Shown here piece by piece: positions 1 through 9,797 of a DNA stretch of 64,000 nt (position 1 is its first letter; every line of letters starts with the position of its first letter). Under the pieces are notes generated by a model, which did not search any database, had not been told where the DNA came from, and worked only from the letters and a program-made list of their open reading frames with translations. A program made the position numbers and the translations under genes. This stretch comes from Nitrospinaceae bacterium (lineage in GTDB: Bacteria > Nitrospinota > Nitrospinia > Nitrospinales > VA-1), in contig JAJDAZ010000039.1 in the NCBI GenBank assembly GCA_029261595.1, positions 21,861-85,860 on the forward strand, in the 5' to 3' direction.

Positions 1-131
1 ATATGGAAAAGCTGGGCGACACCGACAAGGCCGTGGCTCACCTTAAAAAAGCCGAGAAGCTGTTTGTCAAGCTCGATGACAACCTCCGCCTTTCCCATGT
101 TCGCCAGGTATTAGCCCACGAGGGCGTATGA
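1..131 (+). CDS. 3' end of a TPR-like protein gene (5' part lies upstream of the window)
   Basis: Frame 3 is open from the window edge to TGA at 129-131. The peptide MEKLGDTDKAVAHLKKAEKLFVKLDDNLRLSHVRQVLAHEGV looks like a terminal TPR helix pair. It is absent from the ORF track because it is truncated. Confidence 0.35.
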   Translation, partial: MEKLGDTDKAVAHLKKAEKLFVKLDDNLRLSHVRQVLAHEGV

Positions 132-177
132 TCGCCAGGGCTTAATACGAGAACAGATTTTTGATTAAAGGAAAACC

Positions 178-1461
178 ATGAGAAAAAGTTGGACGTTAAA
201 ATTCTTTGGCATCGCAGGCGGCGTCTTGCTGGCGGGATTATTGTCGCTATTATCGGCCGGGGCGTCCACCGCACAAAGTCCCTCTGAAACATTGATCCTG
301 GAAAATATGTTGCCCAACGAGATCATTCAAAGGGCGCTCACCGACTCGTTGTACTACGAATTTGATAAATGGTTCGAAGTGTTTGAAAAAGCCATCCAAC
401 GGCTGGAAAGTTCTCCCGATACTCTGGAAAACCGAATCGATCTGATGAAGTATAATTTTTACTATTCAGGCCTTTTGGGAGAACTCTGTCACACCCTGGC
501 TTTCACCAGCCGTTATAAAATCCAGGAAATCGCGGACCGGTTCATCAAGTACAGCAGTCGCGCCAAGGACCTCGCCAAAAAAATCCTGGACACACCGGAT
601 TTGACCGTTTCCCACAAGGCGCAGGCCAACCTGTATCTGGGGGGCGCCGAGGGTTATATCGGTATCTTCGAATACGGCGAGGGTCATCTTTTTAAAGCGC
701 TGATCAACGGATTTCAGGCCGACACTCATTTGGAAACGGCGTTGAAGCTCGACCCCCAGCAGATAGACGCCCATTTTGGCTTGGGGATTTACCGTTACGG
801 AAACAGCCGGCTGGGGGGATTTGGAAATTTTATCATGCAAAGTGGCCGCGATTTACGTCAGGTGGGGCTCGACCACATTGAACAGGCCATTCGGCAGAAC
901 GCGCCCTCCAAACCCCTGGCGCTGAAAACCCTGGCCTGGTTTCATATTTCCGAACAATTCAATCCGAACAATGCCGACATCCCCACCGGAAAGCCGTTGT
1001 CCGCATCCACATCCCGGTCCAAAGCCCTGGAGTTCATGGAGCAACTGGAGGCGGAATATTTTAAGAACCCTCCTTACGCGCGCTTTAAAGGCAATAAAGA
1101 ACTCGCCATGATGCAGGCCCTGCAATATGTCCTGGACGGCAACTACGCATCCGCCAGGCTGAAATTTGAAGAGGTCCTTAGGGTCGCTGAGGATCTGAAA
1201 GATAACCGGGGCTTTGCCATCAATTCCCAATTGACCGATTCGGTCAAGGCGGGGATTCAATTTTGCGACCTGATGTTACTGCGGCCAGAAAAAGAGGACA
1301 TGACGGGTCACCGTTCCGCTTGTTTGAAGGTGACGGAGCAATTGAATTTTTTGAAAAGCGGCGGGGCGATGGTGGAATACGATTCCAAAAAAATCCGCAG
1401 TGAGCTTCATGATGTTTTTGCCGGCAAGCTCGACGGACTTTCCCGCGATATGAAATGCTGA
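178..1461 (+). CDS. Hypothetical exported protein
   Basis: 427-aa ORF with an AAGGAAA Shine-Dalgarno just upstream of the ATG. The N-terminus has a signal peptide (LLAGLLSLLSAGASTAQS). Composition is helical-repeat-like and no family was recognised. Confidence 0.7.
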   Translation: MRKSWTLKFFGIAGGVLLAGLLSLLSAGASTAQSPSETLILENMLPNEIIQRALTDSLYYEFDKWFEVFEKAIQRLESSPDTLENRIDLMKYNFYYSGLLGELCHTLAFTSRYKIQEIADRFIKYSSRAKDLAKKILDTPDLTVSHKAQANLYLGGAEGYIGIFEYGEGHLFKALINGFQADTHLETALKLDPQQIDAHFGLGIYRYGNSRLGGFGNFIMQSGRDLRQVGLDHIEQAIRQNAPSKPLALKTLAWFHISEQFNPNNADIPTGKPLSASTSRSKALEFMEQLEAEYFKNPPYARFKGNKELAMMQALQYVLDGNYASARLKFEEVLRVAEDLKDNRGFAINSQLTDSVKAGIQFCDLMLLRPEKEDMTGHRSACLKVTEQLNFLKSGGAMVEYDSKKIRSELHDVFAGKLDGLSRDMKC

Positions 1462-1683
1462 CCCCTTAGGACGCTGGATCGGTTGCCCCTGTTTATGGCT
1501 CACTCCATCCTGTATCCGGCAGAAATTTCAACCTGACATTCTCCTTTCCCTATATTATGGGCCAACCCGACCCTCCTCCCGTGTTACGGAACCTGAAAAT
1601 TTTCCTGAAAAATGTAAGGAACCCAAAGGTTTTTCGACCCTGCCATTTTAATTGCCGAAACCAACTAAAAAACGGGGAGCGCT

Positions 1684-2217
1684 ATGTTCAGGATCGATTC
1701 GATACAGGAAGAAAAAGCAGAGGGCCGTGTCAAAAAAATTTATGCAGAATTGAATGATTCCATGGGCATCGTGCCCAATGTTTTTAAGGTGCTGAGTCTC
1801 TGGCCTGAGGGACTGGAGTTATATATGGAAATGTTTAAAAGCATGATGCTCGCCGATACCGGGCTCACCCGTTCCATAAAAGAGATGATCGCGTCCACCG
1901 TCTCAAAAATCAATCAATGTAATTATTGTTTGGGGCACCACAAAAATTTTATGAATCAATTCGGGGTTTCCTCCACAGTTGCGGAACAGATTGTGAATGA
2001 TCCTCAGTCGGCGAATATTTCTGAGGCCGAAAAACGCCTGCTTTCGTATGTAGAAAAGGTCACCCGCCACGCTTACAAGGTCACGGACGCGGATGTGGAA
2101 GGATTGAAAGAAATTGGCTGGTCGCAAGAAGAAATTTTAGAGGCGACACTGGTTACCTCCCTGTTCAATTCCATCAACCGCTTTGCCGATGCCCTCGGTG
2201 TTCACCCTGAAGCCTGA
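1684..2217 (+). CDS. AhpD-like / carboxymuconolactone decarboxylase family peroxidase-related protein
   Basis: 177 aa with the CMD-family motif CNYCLGHH (CxxC..H), preceded by a GGGGAG SD. Confidence 0.8.
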   Translation: MFRIDSIQEEKAEGRVKKIYAELNDSMGIVPNVFKVLSLWPEGLELYMEMFKSMMLADTGLTRSIKEMIASTVSKINQCNYCLGHHKNFMNQFGVSSTVAEQIVNDPQSANISEAEKRLLSYVEKVTRHAYKVTDADVEGLKEIGWSQEEILEATLVTSLFNSINRFADALGVHPEA

Positions 2218-2258
2218 CTCTGTTTTCTTATAAGGTTATCCAGAAGAAAGGAAATAAT

Positions 2259-3197
2259 ATGGTTCGCTTGAAGGAAAAAAAACAAACTTTGTTATTAAGA
2301 ATCGTTCTCGCCGGATGGGCACTGGTCTTGCTTTCAGGGTTTGACACGTCCAGACACAGCATTCCTGTGGATGAAATATTCGCAGGTGGACCGCCCAGGG
2401 ATGGAATTCCTGCTCTCAGTCAACCCAAATTTGTAGCGGCCAAAAAGGCCAAAAATTTTATGAAGGATGAGGATCGTGTACTGGGTTTGGCTAGAAATGG
2501 TCAGGTCAAAGCCTATCCCATCAAAATCCTGAACTGGCATGAAATCGTCAACGACACCATCGGCTCTCAGGCAGTGGTGGTCACCTTTTGCCCTTTGTGC
2601 GGCACCGGGATGGTGTTCGACGGAAAAATAAATGGCAAGAGTTTGACCTTCGGAGTATCCGGTCTGCTTTATCAAAGCGACATGTTGCTGTACGATCGCA
2701 AGACCGACAGCCTGTGGTCTCAAATCAAGGGAGAAGCGGTGACAGGCCCGCTGATGGGCGCTCGTTTGAAACTGCTTTCGTCCACCCAAACCACCTGGGG
2801 GGAGTGGAAGAAAAAATATCCTGAAACACTCGTTCTATCACAAAAAACCGGCCACCGCAGGGACTATGACCGGGATCCCTACATGGGTTACTACACCAGT
2901 TCCCGGTTGATGTTTGAAGTGAAGAATCGAAATAAGAACTACCACCCAAAGGAGAGAGTCATCGGGTTGGAACTGGGCGGCAAGTTCAAAGCTTATCCCT
3001 TTTCAGAACTTGCCAAAGCCAAACAGCCGGTGACGGATGAACTGAACGGCGTCTCCCTGCAAGTGATTTTCGATAAACAATCACAAACTGCGGTGATCCG
3101 GGATCAAAAAGGAAAAGAGCTTCCATCCGTTGTGGGCTTCTGGTTCGCGTGGTATGCCTTTCACCCGGATACAGAAGTTTTTAAGGTGAAACAGTAA
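2259..3197 (+). CDS. DUF3179 domain-containing protein (membrane-anchored or exported)
   Basis: 312 aa with an N-terminal hydrophobic segment. Carries the characteristic DUF3179 strings FCPLCGTG and DRKTDSLWSQ. Confidence 0.75.
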   Translation: MVRLKEKKQTLLLRIVLAGWALVLLSGFDTSRHSIPVDEIFAGGPPRDGIPALSQPKFVAAKKAKNFMKDEDRVLGLARNGQVKAYPIKILNWHEIVNDTIGSQAVVVTFCPLCGTGMVFDGKINGKSLTFGVSGLLYQSDMLLYDRKTDSLWSQIKGEAVTGPLMGARLKLLSSTQTTWGEWKKKYPETLVLSQKTGHRRDYDRDPYMGYYTSSRLMFEVKNRNKNYHPKERVIGLELGGKFKAYPFSELAKAKQPVTDELNGVSLQVIFDKQSQTAVIRDQKGKELPSVVGFWFAWYAFHPDTEVFKVKQ

Positions 3198-3423
3198 CCT
3201 TATTTTTTCTACACGAAATTCTTCGCCGCCCTTTCTGGAAATCTTTCCTCATCAAATTTAAATACTAATAAAACTCAGATCCTTTTTTGGGATATTATTT
3301 ATTGCATCCCATTGCAAGGAAGACGATACTTGGTCGGTAAAGTTTTGTCGGCGGAAAAAACGTCGCTTCAACTGGGATTATCCACAAAAAGCAATCGCCC
3401 ACCACATCGTCCGGGAGCAAATC

Positions 3424-4320
3424 ATGAAAATTGGTTTTATAGGGTTGGGAAAAATGGGAGCCAATATGGTCGAACGCCTTCTTCGGGGAGGCCATGAAAT
3501 TGTTGCCTACGACAGATCTGAGGACATGGTGGGTGAGATCGAGAAGAAAGGCGGCACAGGTTCAAAATCCCTGACCGAGATGGTGGAAAAACTTCCAGAG
3601 CGTAAAATCGTGTGGTTGATGGTTCCCGAAGGCAAACCGGTGGAGGATAGCATTGCCGATTTGGTCCCCCTTCTGAAAGGAGGAGGCATCATCATCGACG
3701 GAGGTAATTCCAACTGGCGGCAAACCCAGACGCGTGCGAAGGAACTTGAATCTAAGGCAATAGATTACCTCGATTGCGGCACCAGTGGCGGGGTGTGGGG
3801 GTTGGAGAACGGCTATTGCCTGATGTCCGGTGGCAAGGCGTCCGCCTGTAAGGAAGTCGAACCCGTGTTCAAGACCCTGGCTCCCCCAGAGGGTTATTTA
3901 TACTGTGGGCCGTCTGGAGCCGGGCATTTCGTGAAAATGGTTCATAATGGCATCGAATACGGAATGATGCAGGCCTATGCGGAAGGCTTCGAAATCATGG
4001 AAAAATCCCCCTTCGATCTGGATATCCTGGGCATCAGCAAAGTCTGGCAACACGGAAGCGTGGTGCGGTCGTGGTTGCTGGAGCTTGCGGAACTGGCCTT
4101 TCAGGACGATCCCAAACTTTCTGAAATCAAGAGTTATGTTCAGGACAGCGGAGAGGGGCGATGGACGGTTCAGGCGGCGATGGATTTTGATGTGCCGGCC
4201 CCGGTCATCACGATGTCCCTTCTGGCCCGGTTTCAATCGCGCCAGCCGGATTCGTTCGGCATGAAAGTTCTGGCGGCGCTTCGCAACCAGTTCGGCGGCC
4301 ATTCGATCAAGAGGAAATAA
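3424..4320 (+). CDS. gnd: 6-phosphogluconate dehydrogenase, decarboxylating (short ~300-aa form)
   Basis: Rossmann N-terminus MKIGFIGLGKMGANMVERLL and the motif HFVKMVHNGIEYGMMQAYAEGF. Sits immediately upstream of zwf. Confidence 0.9.
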   Translation: MKIGFIGLGKMGANMVERLLRGGHEIVAYDRSEDMVGEIEKKGGTGSKSLTEMVEKLPERKIVWLMVPEGKPVEDSIADLVPLLKGGGIIIDGGNSNWRQTQTRAKELESKAIDYLDCGTSGGVWGLENGYCLMSGGKASACKEVEPVFKTLAPPEGYLYCGPSGAGHFVKMVHNGIEYGMMQAYAEGFEIMEKSPFDLDILGISKVWQHGSVVRSWLLELAELAFQDDPKLSEIKSYVQDSGEGRWTVQAAMDFDVPAPVITMSLLARFQSRQPDSFGMKVLAALRNQFGGHSIKRK

Positions 4321-4321
4321 A

Positions 4322-5863
4322 ATGGAAAAACCGGATAATTGCATATTAGTCATTTTTGGCGCATCTGGCGATTTAAGCAAACGCAAGCTGATCCCGTCCC
4401 TGTTCGATCTATACCGGCAGGATTTTCTGCCGGAGAAATTTTCCGTATTGGGAGTGGGCCGTTCCAAACTTGCCGACAGCAAATTCCGCGACCGCATGAT
4501 GGAGAGCGTCGAAGAATACAGCGAGAGTGACGAGCCGGTGGACAAGGAGGCATTGCAAGCCTTCCTGAAAAAATTCCATTTCATATCCATGGACCCATCC
4601 AACAGCGAGGATTTTGCCAAGTTGAAATCCAAGCTGGAGACTTTGGACACGCGGTATAAAATTGGCGGCAATTATATTTATTACCTGGCCGTTCCCCCCA
4701 GCACCTACCAGCCGATCATTCAAAGTCTCGGTTCCCAGGGACTGCAAAAGGAAAATTCTGCAACGGATAGTTGGAAGCGTTTGATCATCGAAAAACCGTT
4801 TGGGTATGATCTGGAATCGGCATTAAAGCTGATGAAAGTCATGAAAAGAGTTTTCAACGAACCGCAGATTTATCGGATCGACCATTATCTGGGAAAAGAA
4901 ACGGTACAAAATATTTTAGTGTTCCGGTTCGCCAACGGTATATTTGAACCCCTGTGGAACCGAAATTATATCCATCATGTTGAAATCACCGCCGCTGAAA
5001 GCATCGGCGTGGAAGATCGCGGCCAGTATTATGACGGCGCCGGGGCTTTACGCGATATGGTGCAAAACCATTTGATGCAGATCATGGGCGTCTTCGCAAT
5101 GGAATCGCCTTCCTCCTTTGACTCGACGGCAGTGCGCAATGAAACGGTCAAAGTCTTTCAGTCGCTCCGGGATATTCCGCGCGATCAAGTGAGTAAATTC
5201 GCCGTGCGCGGTCAATACACCACCTCGGTGATCGAGAAGGAAATCATCCCCGGTTACCGCGATGAAAAAAATATCGCCGAGGGTTCCCGGACGGAAACCT
5301 TTGCCGCACTCAAAGTTTTTATCGACAACTGGCGCTGGGGCGGCGTTCCGTTTTACATCCGCGCCGGCAAGAGACTGCCCACCCGCGTGACGGAAGTGGC
5401 CATCCATTTCAAACCCACCCCGCATTTTTTGTTTGCCCAGGGCAGTCAGGAGACCGACGGCCTAAACCAACTCATCATCCGGATTCAGCCGAACGAAGGG
5501 CTTGCCCTGAAGTTTGCCTTGAAAGTTCCCGGACAGGGGTTCAAGGTGCAAAATGTCAGCATGGATTTTCATTATTCCGGACTTTCCAACACTCGCGTTG
5601 CTTCCGCCTATGAACGTTTACTGCTGGACTGCATGTTGGGGGACTCGACCCTCTATGCCAGGGGCGATGCGGTGGAAGCCTGCTGGAAGTTTGTCGATCC
5701 CATTTTGCAGGAATGGAAAGACAACCCAGAGCTTAAAGTCCATGGCTATCCCGCGGGAACCTGGGGGCCCAGTGAAGCCAATCAATTGTTTCAGGAACAT
5801 GGGATCGAATGGCGCTACCCGTGTAAAAATCTGGTCGATGACGGTATCGTATGCGAGTTTTAA
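4322..5863 (+). CDS. zwf: Glucose-6-phosphate 1-dehydrogenase
   Basis: 513 aa with FGASGDLSKRKL NADP-binding and RIDHYLGKE active-site motifs. Starts 1 nt after the gnd stop. Confidence 0.95.
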   Translation: MEKPDNCILVIFGASGDLSKRKLIPSLFDLYRQDFLPEKFSVLGVGRSKLADSKFRDRMMESVEEYSESDEPVDKEALQAFLKKFHFISMDPSNSEDFAKLKSKLETLDTRYKIGGNYIYYLAVPPSTYQPIIQSLGSQGLQKENSATDSWKRLIIEKPFGYDLESALKLMKVMKRVFNEPQIYRIDHYLGKETVQNILVFRFANGIFEPLWNRNYIHHVEITAAESIGVEDRGQYYDGAGALRDMVQNHLMQIMGVFAMESPSSFDSTAVRNETVKVFQSLRDIPRDQVSKFAVRGQYTTSVIEKEIIPGYRDEKNIAEGSRTETFAALKVFIDNWRWGGVPFYIRAGKRLPTRVTEVAIHFKPTPHFLFAQGSQETDGLNQLIIRIQPNEGLALKFALKVPGQGFKVQNVSMDFHYSGLSNTRVASAYERLLLDCMLGDSTLYARGDAVEACWKFVDPILQEWKDNPELKVHGYPAGTWGPSEANQLFQEHGIEWRYPCKNLVDDGIVCEF

Positions 5864-6002
5864 GTGACTAGCATGATGCTGGGTTCAATATTGCCGTGCG
5901 ATGGATTTATGGCTAAACAAATTCTGGCTGGTGAAGAAATTAACTGACCGTCGCTGTCGCGGCTCGCGATGATTAAATAGACGATTTGACTACAGGCCCC
6001 AA

Positions 6003-6749
6003 ATGACTGCCGCAATAAAAGTTTTCCCTAAACCCGAAAAGCTGGCCGAAGCCATTGCTGTTGAATTAAAAAAAGCGTCAAAACAGGCGTTTTATGCCGG
6101 ACAGTCGTTCAACCTGGTCCTAGCCGGCGGAAGCACACCTCGTAACGTGTATCAGGTTCTGGCAAGACCGGAATTTAAAACTTCCATCCCCTGGGAGTGC
6201 ATTCATTTTTTCTGGGGCGACGAACGTTGCGTGCCTCCTGACCATGAAGACAGCAACTTTCGCATGGCCCGTGAAACCTTATTAGAACCCCTCAATATCC
6301 CGCAAGAAAATATTCACCGCATGCGTGGGGAAAACGATCCAACCACTGAGGCCGCACGATATGCCGAAGAAATAATAAAGGCTATAAATCCGGCATCGGG
6401 TGCAATACCCCGGTTCGATTGGATTTTTTTGGGGTTGGGCGCCGATGGCCACACCGCCTCTCTGTTTCCAGGATGCGAACCGATTGAAGACCCATCGGGC
6501 CTGTGCGCCGTGGCTGTCCAGCCTGAAAGCGGGCAACAACGCATCACCCTCACCGCCCGGGTTTTGAATCAGGCGAAACGGGTTTCCTTCATCGTCACCG
6601 GAAAGAGCAAGGCGCAAGTGGTTACAGATATTCTGAGCAAATCTTCGAAAAACAAAAACTACCCCGCCGCCCACGTGCATCCCACGCAGGGAACACTCGA
6701 ATGGTATCTGGATAAAGAAGCGGCAGAAAAGCTAAAATCAACTTATTGA
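6003..6749 (+). CDS. pgl: 6-phosphogluconolactonase
   Basis: Motifs LAGGSTP, FFWGDERCVP and LGLGADGHTASLFP. Third gene of the gnd-zwf-pgl operon. Confidence 0.9.
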   Translation: MTAAIKVFPKPEKLAEAIAVELKKASKQAFYAGQSFNLVLAGGSTPRNVYQVLARPEFKTSIPWECIHFFWGDERCVPPDHEDSNFRMARETLLEPLNIPQENIHRMRGENDPTTEAARYAEEIIKAINPASGAIPRFDWIFLGLGADGHTASLFPGCEPIEDPSGLCAVAVQPESGQQRITLTARVLNQAKRVSFIVTGKSKAQVVTDILSKSSKNKNYPAAHVHPTQGTLEWYLDKEAAEKLKSTY

Positions 6750-6750
6750 A

Positions 6751-7743
6751 TCAGGAAACCATCACTTCAATCCGGTGAATGCCTGAGGTGCCGGAGGGGA
6801 AAGGGTCGCGCAGGTCGTCTTGTTGCAGACCGCTGTATTGGTCTGCGGCGCGGACGGCGATGCGGGTGCGTCCAGGCCGGTGAAAGGTGCAGGGGAATTT
6901 CCAGAACACCCACGAATATGTGGACAACGGTTTTTCCAGTTGCGCCAGCGACCAGGTTTTTTCTCCGTCGATGGAAACCTGTACGTATTGAATCCCCCGG
7001 TCTCCAGCAAAAGCGATTCCTTTGATAACGGTCTGGCGGGAACGCAACACTTCGTTGTTTTCCGGCAGGTCGATGCGTGAAATAATTTTTACTTTGGCCT
7101 CTTTGGACCACCCCTTTTTGTGCCAGTATCCCTTAGGCCGGTGATTGGCCACCTCGATTTCCTTGATCCATTTCATCTGCTTGATGCCATAGAGTCCGGG
7201 AATCAATAAGCGCACGGGAAAGCCGTGATTGAGCGTCAGAGGCTCGCCGTTCATCTTATAGGCCAGCATGGCGGCGGGGTGCCTGGCTTTTCTGAGCGGG
7301 ATGCTTTCGTAATAACCGTCTTCGGCTTTTATGATGAGCGTGTTCGAGAAAAAATACGGGTCGGCCTCGTCGAGCAGGTCTTTTAAGGAAATCCCTTCCC
7401 ATTCCGCATTGCCAATGGCGCGTCCGCCGACCGGGTTGCCGATGCAGTTCAAGGTTATGATGCGTTTAACGGAAGGACGGGAAAGGATCTGCCGGTAATC
7501 AAGCGTCAAGGGCTGATCGATTTTTCCTTTGAGGGTCAATCGCCAGTGGTCGACCCCCTGCCGCAAGGATTTTGGCGGACCGGAGTAATCCTCAATATAG
7601 AATTCTTCGACAGGAGTGATGGGCAGAGGGAGCTTGCGCGTTTTGAACACACGTGGCACCATATCCGCCAAAACTTTAAGAGGAAAGGCCAGTAGAAATA
7701 GCAGATTGAGTAACAGAAGATGTAAAAACTGCGACCGGTTCAT
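6751..7743 (-). CDS. Sulfite-oxidase-family molybdopterin oxidoreductase, exported
   Basis: N-terminal signal/anchor (LLLLNLLFLLAFPLKVLA). Has the Mo-ligand Cys context ITLNCIGNPVGGRAIGNAEWEG and a C-terminal Ig-like dimerisation region (GIAFAGDRGIQYVQVSIDGEKTW). Confidence 0.8.
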   Translation of the reverse strand: MNRSQFLHLLLLNLLFLLAFPLKVLADMVPRVFKTRKLPLPITPVEEFYIEDYSGPPKSLRQGVDHWRLTLKGKIDQPLTLDYRQILSRPSVKRIITLNCIGNPVGGRAIGNAEWEGISLKDLLDEADPYFFSNTLIIKAEDGYYESIPLRKARHPAAMLAYKMNGEPLTLNHGFPVRLLIPGLYGIKQMKWIKEIEVANHRPKGYWHKKGWSKEAKVKIISRIDLPENNEVLRSRQTVIKGIAFAGDRGIQYVQVSIDGEKTWSLAQLEKPLSTYSWVFWKFPCTFHRPGRTRIAVRAADQYSGLQQDDLRDPFPSGTSGIHRIEVMVS

Positions 7744-7776
7744 TGTCTGTGGCTGGTGGTGCTCACCGGTGGCTGG

Positions 7777-8760
7777 TTACCCGCAACAGGAATCCGAATC
7801 GGGCGACTCGGCGGGAGTTTCGGAATCATGGTCGGTCACGATGAAGTGCGCCGAATAAGGCGCGGTTTGCAAGAGCAAAGCCTGGTTCTCGTCGATGTCG
7901 ACGGGAACGCCCACCGGATAGGTATTGCCATGGTGCGTGATGGAGTCGAACGGACCGGCATAGGTGGCGGTGAGATCACTGCAACAGGAAGCGTCGGCGG
8001 ATTCGCTGGATTTCAGGGCTTCCAGGGTGTAGGAATAAAATTTAACGTCTTCCACAATTTTCCAGAGGTAATCTTTTTTTATCTGGAAGCCGTGAAAGCC
8101 GTGAGGCCGGGCGGCTTCGAGGAATTCATTCAAGGTCAAGGCGCCGGAAATACACTCGCCCCATAATTCCTTGTGATTGCGCATTTCTTCGGGAACTTCC
8201 TTTTCGGAAATAATATCGGCGATTACAAACCGGCCTCCCGGTTTCAGGATGCGGTTGATTTCCTCAAACACTTCCTTTTTATTCGTGGACAGGTTGATGA
8301 CGCAGTTGGAGGTCACAAGGTCCACCGATTGATCTTTTAGAGGAATGGCCTCCAGAAATCCCTTTTTAAATTCCACATTGTTGTAGCCAAGATTTTCAGC
8401 CACCCGGAGGGCGTTTTTCTGCGCGACTTTTAGCATCTCATCGGTCATGTCGATGCCGATGACTTTGCCGGATTCGCCGACCAGTTTTGCGGCGATGAAA
8501 CAGTCGATGCCGCCGCCGGAACCAAGGTCCACAACAGTGTCGCCTTGCCGGATGTTGGCCCGGTTCACGGGACTGCCGCAACCGTAGGAAATTTCCCGGA
8601 CTTCTTCGGGGATGTGCGAAAGATCTTCAGCGTCGTATTGCGTGGGACAGCACAGGCTTTCCTGGCTGGCCAGAGCCGCGTTTGAATAAAAACTGCGGAC
8701 GTCTTCTCTTGAAACGTCTTTCTTATCCTCTGCATCACAACACGATCTGCTTTCGTTCAT
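7777..8760 (-). CDS. arsM: Arsenite S-adenosylmethionine methyltransferase (ArsM-like)
   Basis: Cys-rich N-terminus (SCCDAE, LCCPTQYDAEDL, YGCGSP). SAM motif VVDLGSGGGIDCF, plus SNCVINL and WGECISGA, and a C-terminal CC pair. This matches the ArsM cysteine pattern. Confidence 0.8.
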   Translation of the reverse strand: MNESRSCCDAEDKKDVSREDVRSFYSNAALASQESLCCPTQYDAEDLSHIPEEVREISYGCGSPVNRANIRQGDTVVDLGSGGGIDCFIAAKLVGESGKVIGIDMTDEMLKVAQKNALRVAENLGYNNVEFKKGFLEAIPLKDQSVDLVTSNCVINLSTNKKEVFEEINRILKPGGRFVIADIISEKEVPEEMRNHKELWGECISGALTLNEFLEAARPHGFHGFQIKKDYLWKIVEDVKFYSYTLEALKSSESADASCCSDLTATYAGPFDSITHHGNTYPVGVPVDIDENQALLLQTAPYSAHFIVTDHDSETPAESPDSDSCCG

Positions 8761-8794
8761 TTGCCTTCCCTTTCATTATTTATCAGGCACGTTT

Positions 8795-9082
8795 CTACTT
8801 GTTGGCCTCTATCATTTTTTTGATTTTTTGTTTTGATTCCTGGGGCAATGTTTCATTTGCCTTCACTGGAAAATCTTCCCGGCCCAGATTTTTTGATAAG
8901 CCTCTAATGATTTCCAATTGCTTCTTATAGTACAGGCAAACCTCGCACATAGACAAATGGATTTTTATCTTCAACCGCTTGATAAAGGAAACCCGATGAT
9001 CCATCATTTCTGAAATGAGAGGGGAGGTATCCTGGCAGGTCAGGCTCAACAAGCCTAATAATGTACTCATCATTTTTCCCAT
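8795..9082 (-). CDS. Zinc-binding anti-sigma factor (ZAS, RsrA-like, soluble)
   Basis: I chose the internal ATG at 9082, 7 nt after the sigma stop; the longer ORF-track start overlaps the sigma gene. Carries a full C-x25-H-x3-C-x2-C motif (LTC...HLSMCEVC) and no TM segment. Confidence 0.7.
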   Translation of the reverse strand: MGKMMSTLLGLLSLTCQDTSPLISEMMDHRVSFIKRLKIKIHLSMCEVCLYYKKQLEIIRGLSKNLGREDFPVKANETLPQESKQKIKKMIEANK

Positions 9083-9089
9083 AATTTCA

Positions 9090-9662
9090 CTATTCCTGGT
9101 TTTTCCCGTCAAACCAATGGATTTCCAGACAATTCTTGAGTTGATTCCGGGCCCGATGCAGAATGACCCATAAGTTGGTCGGTTTGATATTGAATTCATT
9201 ACAGATTTGTTCTGTACTCACCCCGTCGATCTCCTTGAGGACAAAGACCTGGCGATATTTATCCGACAAATTGTCGAGGCAAAGCATCAGTTTTTCTGAA
9301 AGTTCCTGATTTACCGCCGATTTTTCAGGGTCCAACTGCCAATTCCGGGGCATTTTTTGCCAATTCCCCAGCGAGTCATATCCACATGGGTCGGGGTCGT
9401 CCTCGGGAGACAGGTCAAATAACCGGTCCTTCTTGATTTCACGGAAGTGATCCAGAATTTTATGTTTGAGAATGCCGAAAAGCCAGCTTTTTTCCGAGGC
9501 TCGCCCGGCATAGGAAGGGATGGCCTGCAGGGCGGCCAGAAAAGTGACCTGCACGATTTCCTCCGCCGCTCCCTGATCCCTGACGCGGAGCAGGGTATAG
9601 CGATACATGAGATCCCCATAGCGGTCCACCCATTGATTGGCGTCGATTTCCTGTTTATTCAT
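9090..9662 (-). CDS. ECF-type RNA polymerase sigma-70 family factor
   Basis: 190 aa with region 2 (YRYTLLRVRDQGAAEEIVQVTFLAAL) and region 4 HTH (VFVLKEIDGVSTEQICNEFNIKPTNLWVILHRARNQLK). Confidence 0.9.
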   Translation of the reverse strand: MNKQEIDANQWVDRYGDLMYRYTLLRVRDQGAAEEIVQVTFLAALQAIPSYAGRASEKSWLFGILKHKILDHFREIKKDRLFDLSPEDDPDPCGYDSLGNWQKMPRNWQLDPEKSAVNQELSEKLMLCLDNLSDKYRQVFVLKEIDGVSTEQICNEFNIKPTNLWVILHRARNQLKNCLEIHWFDGKNQE

Positions 9663-9797
9663 GCTTCCTGTGATTACGATATATTTATTGCTGGCATCTT
9701 TATTAATAAGCTGTGGCCAACCGCCGCACTCTTTTTCCCCTCGATGAAAAAATGGGTGTGATGATTCCCGCCCGGTTCGATTGAGGGGTTTGGGGAG

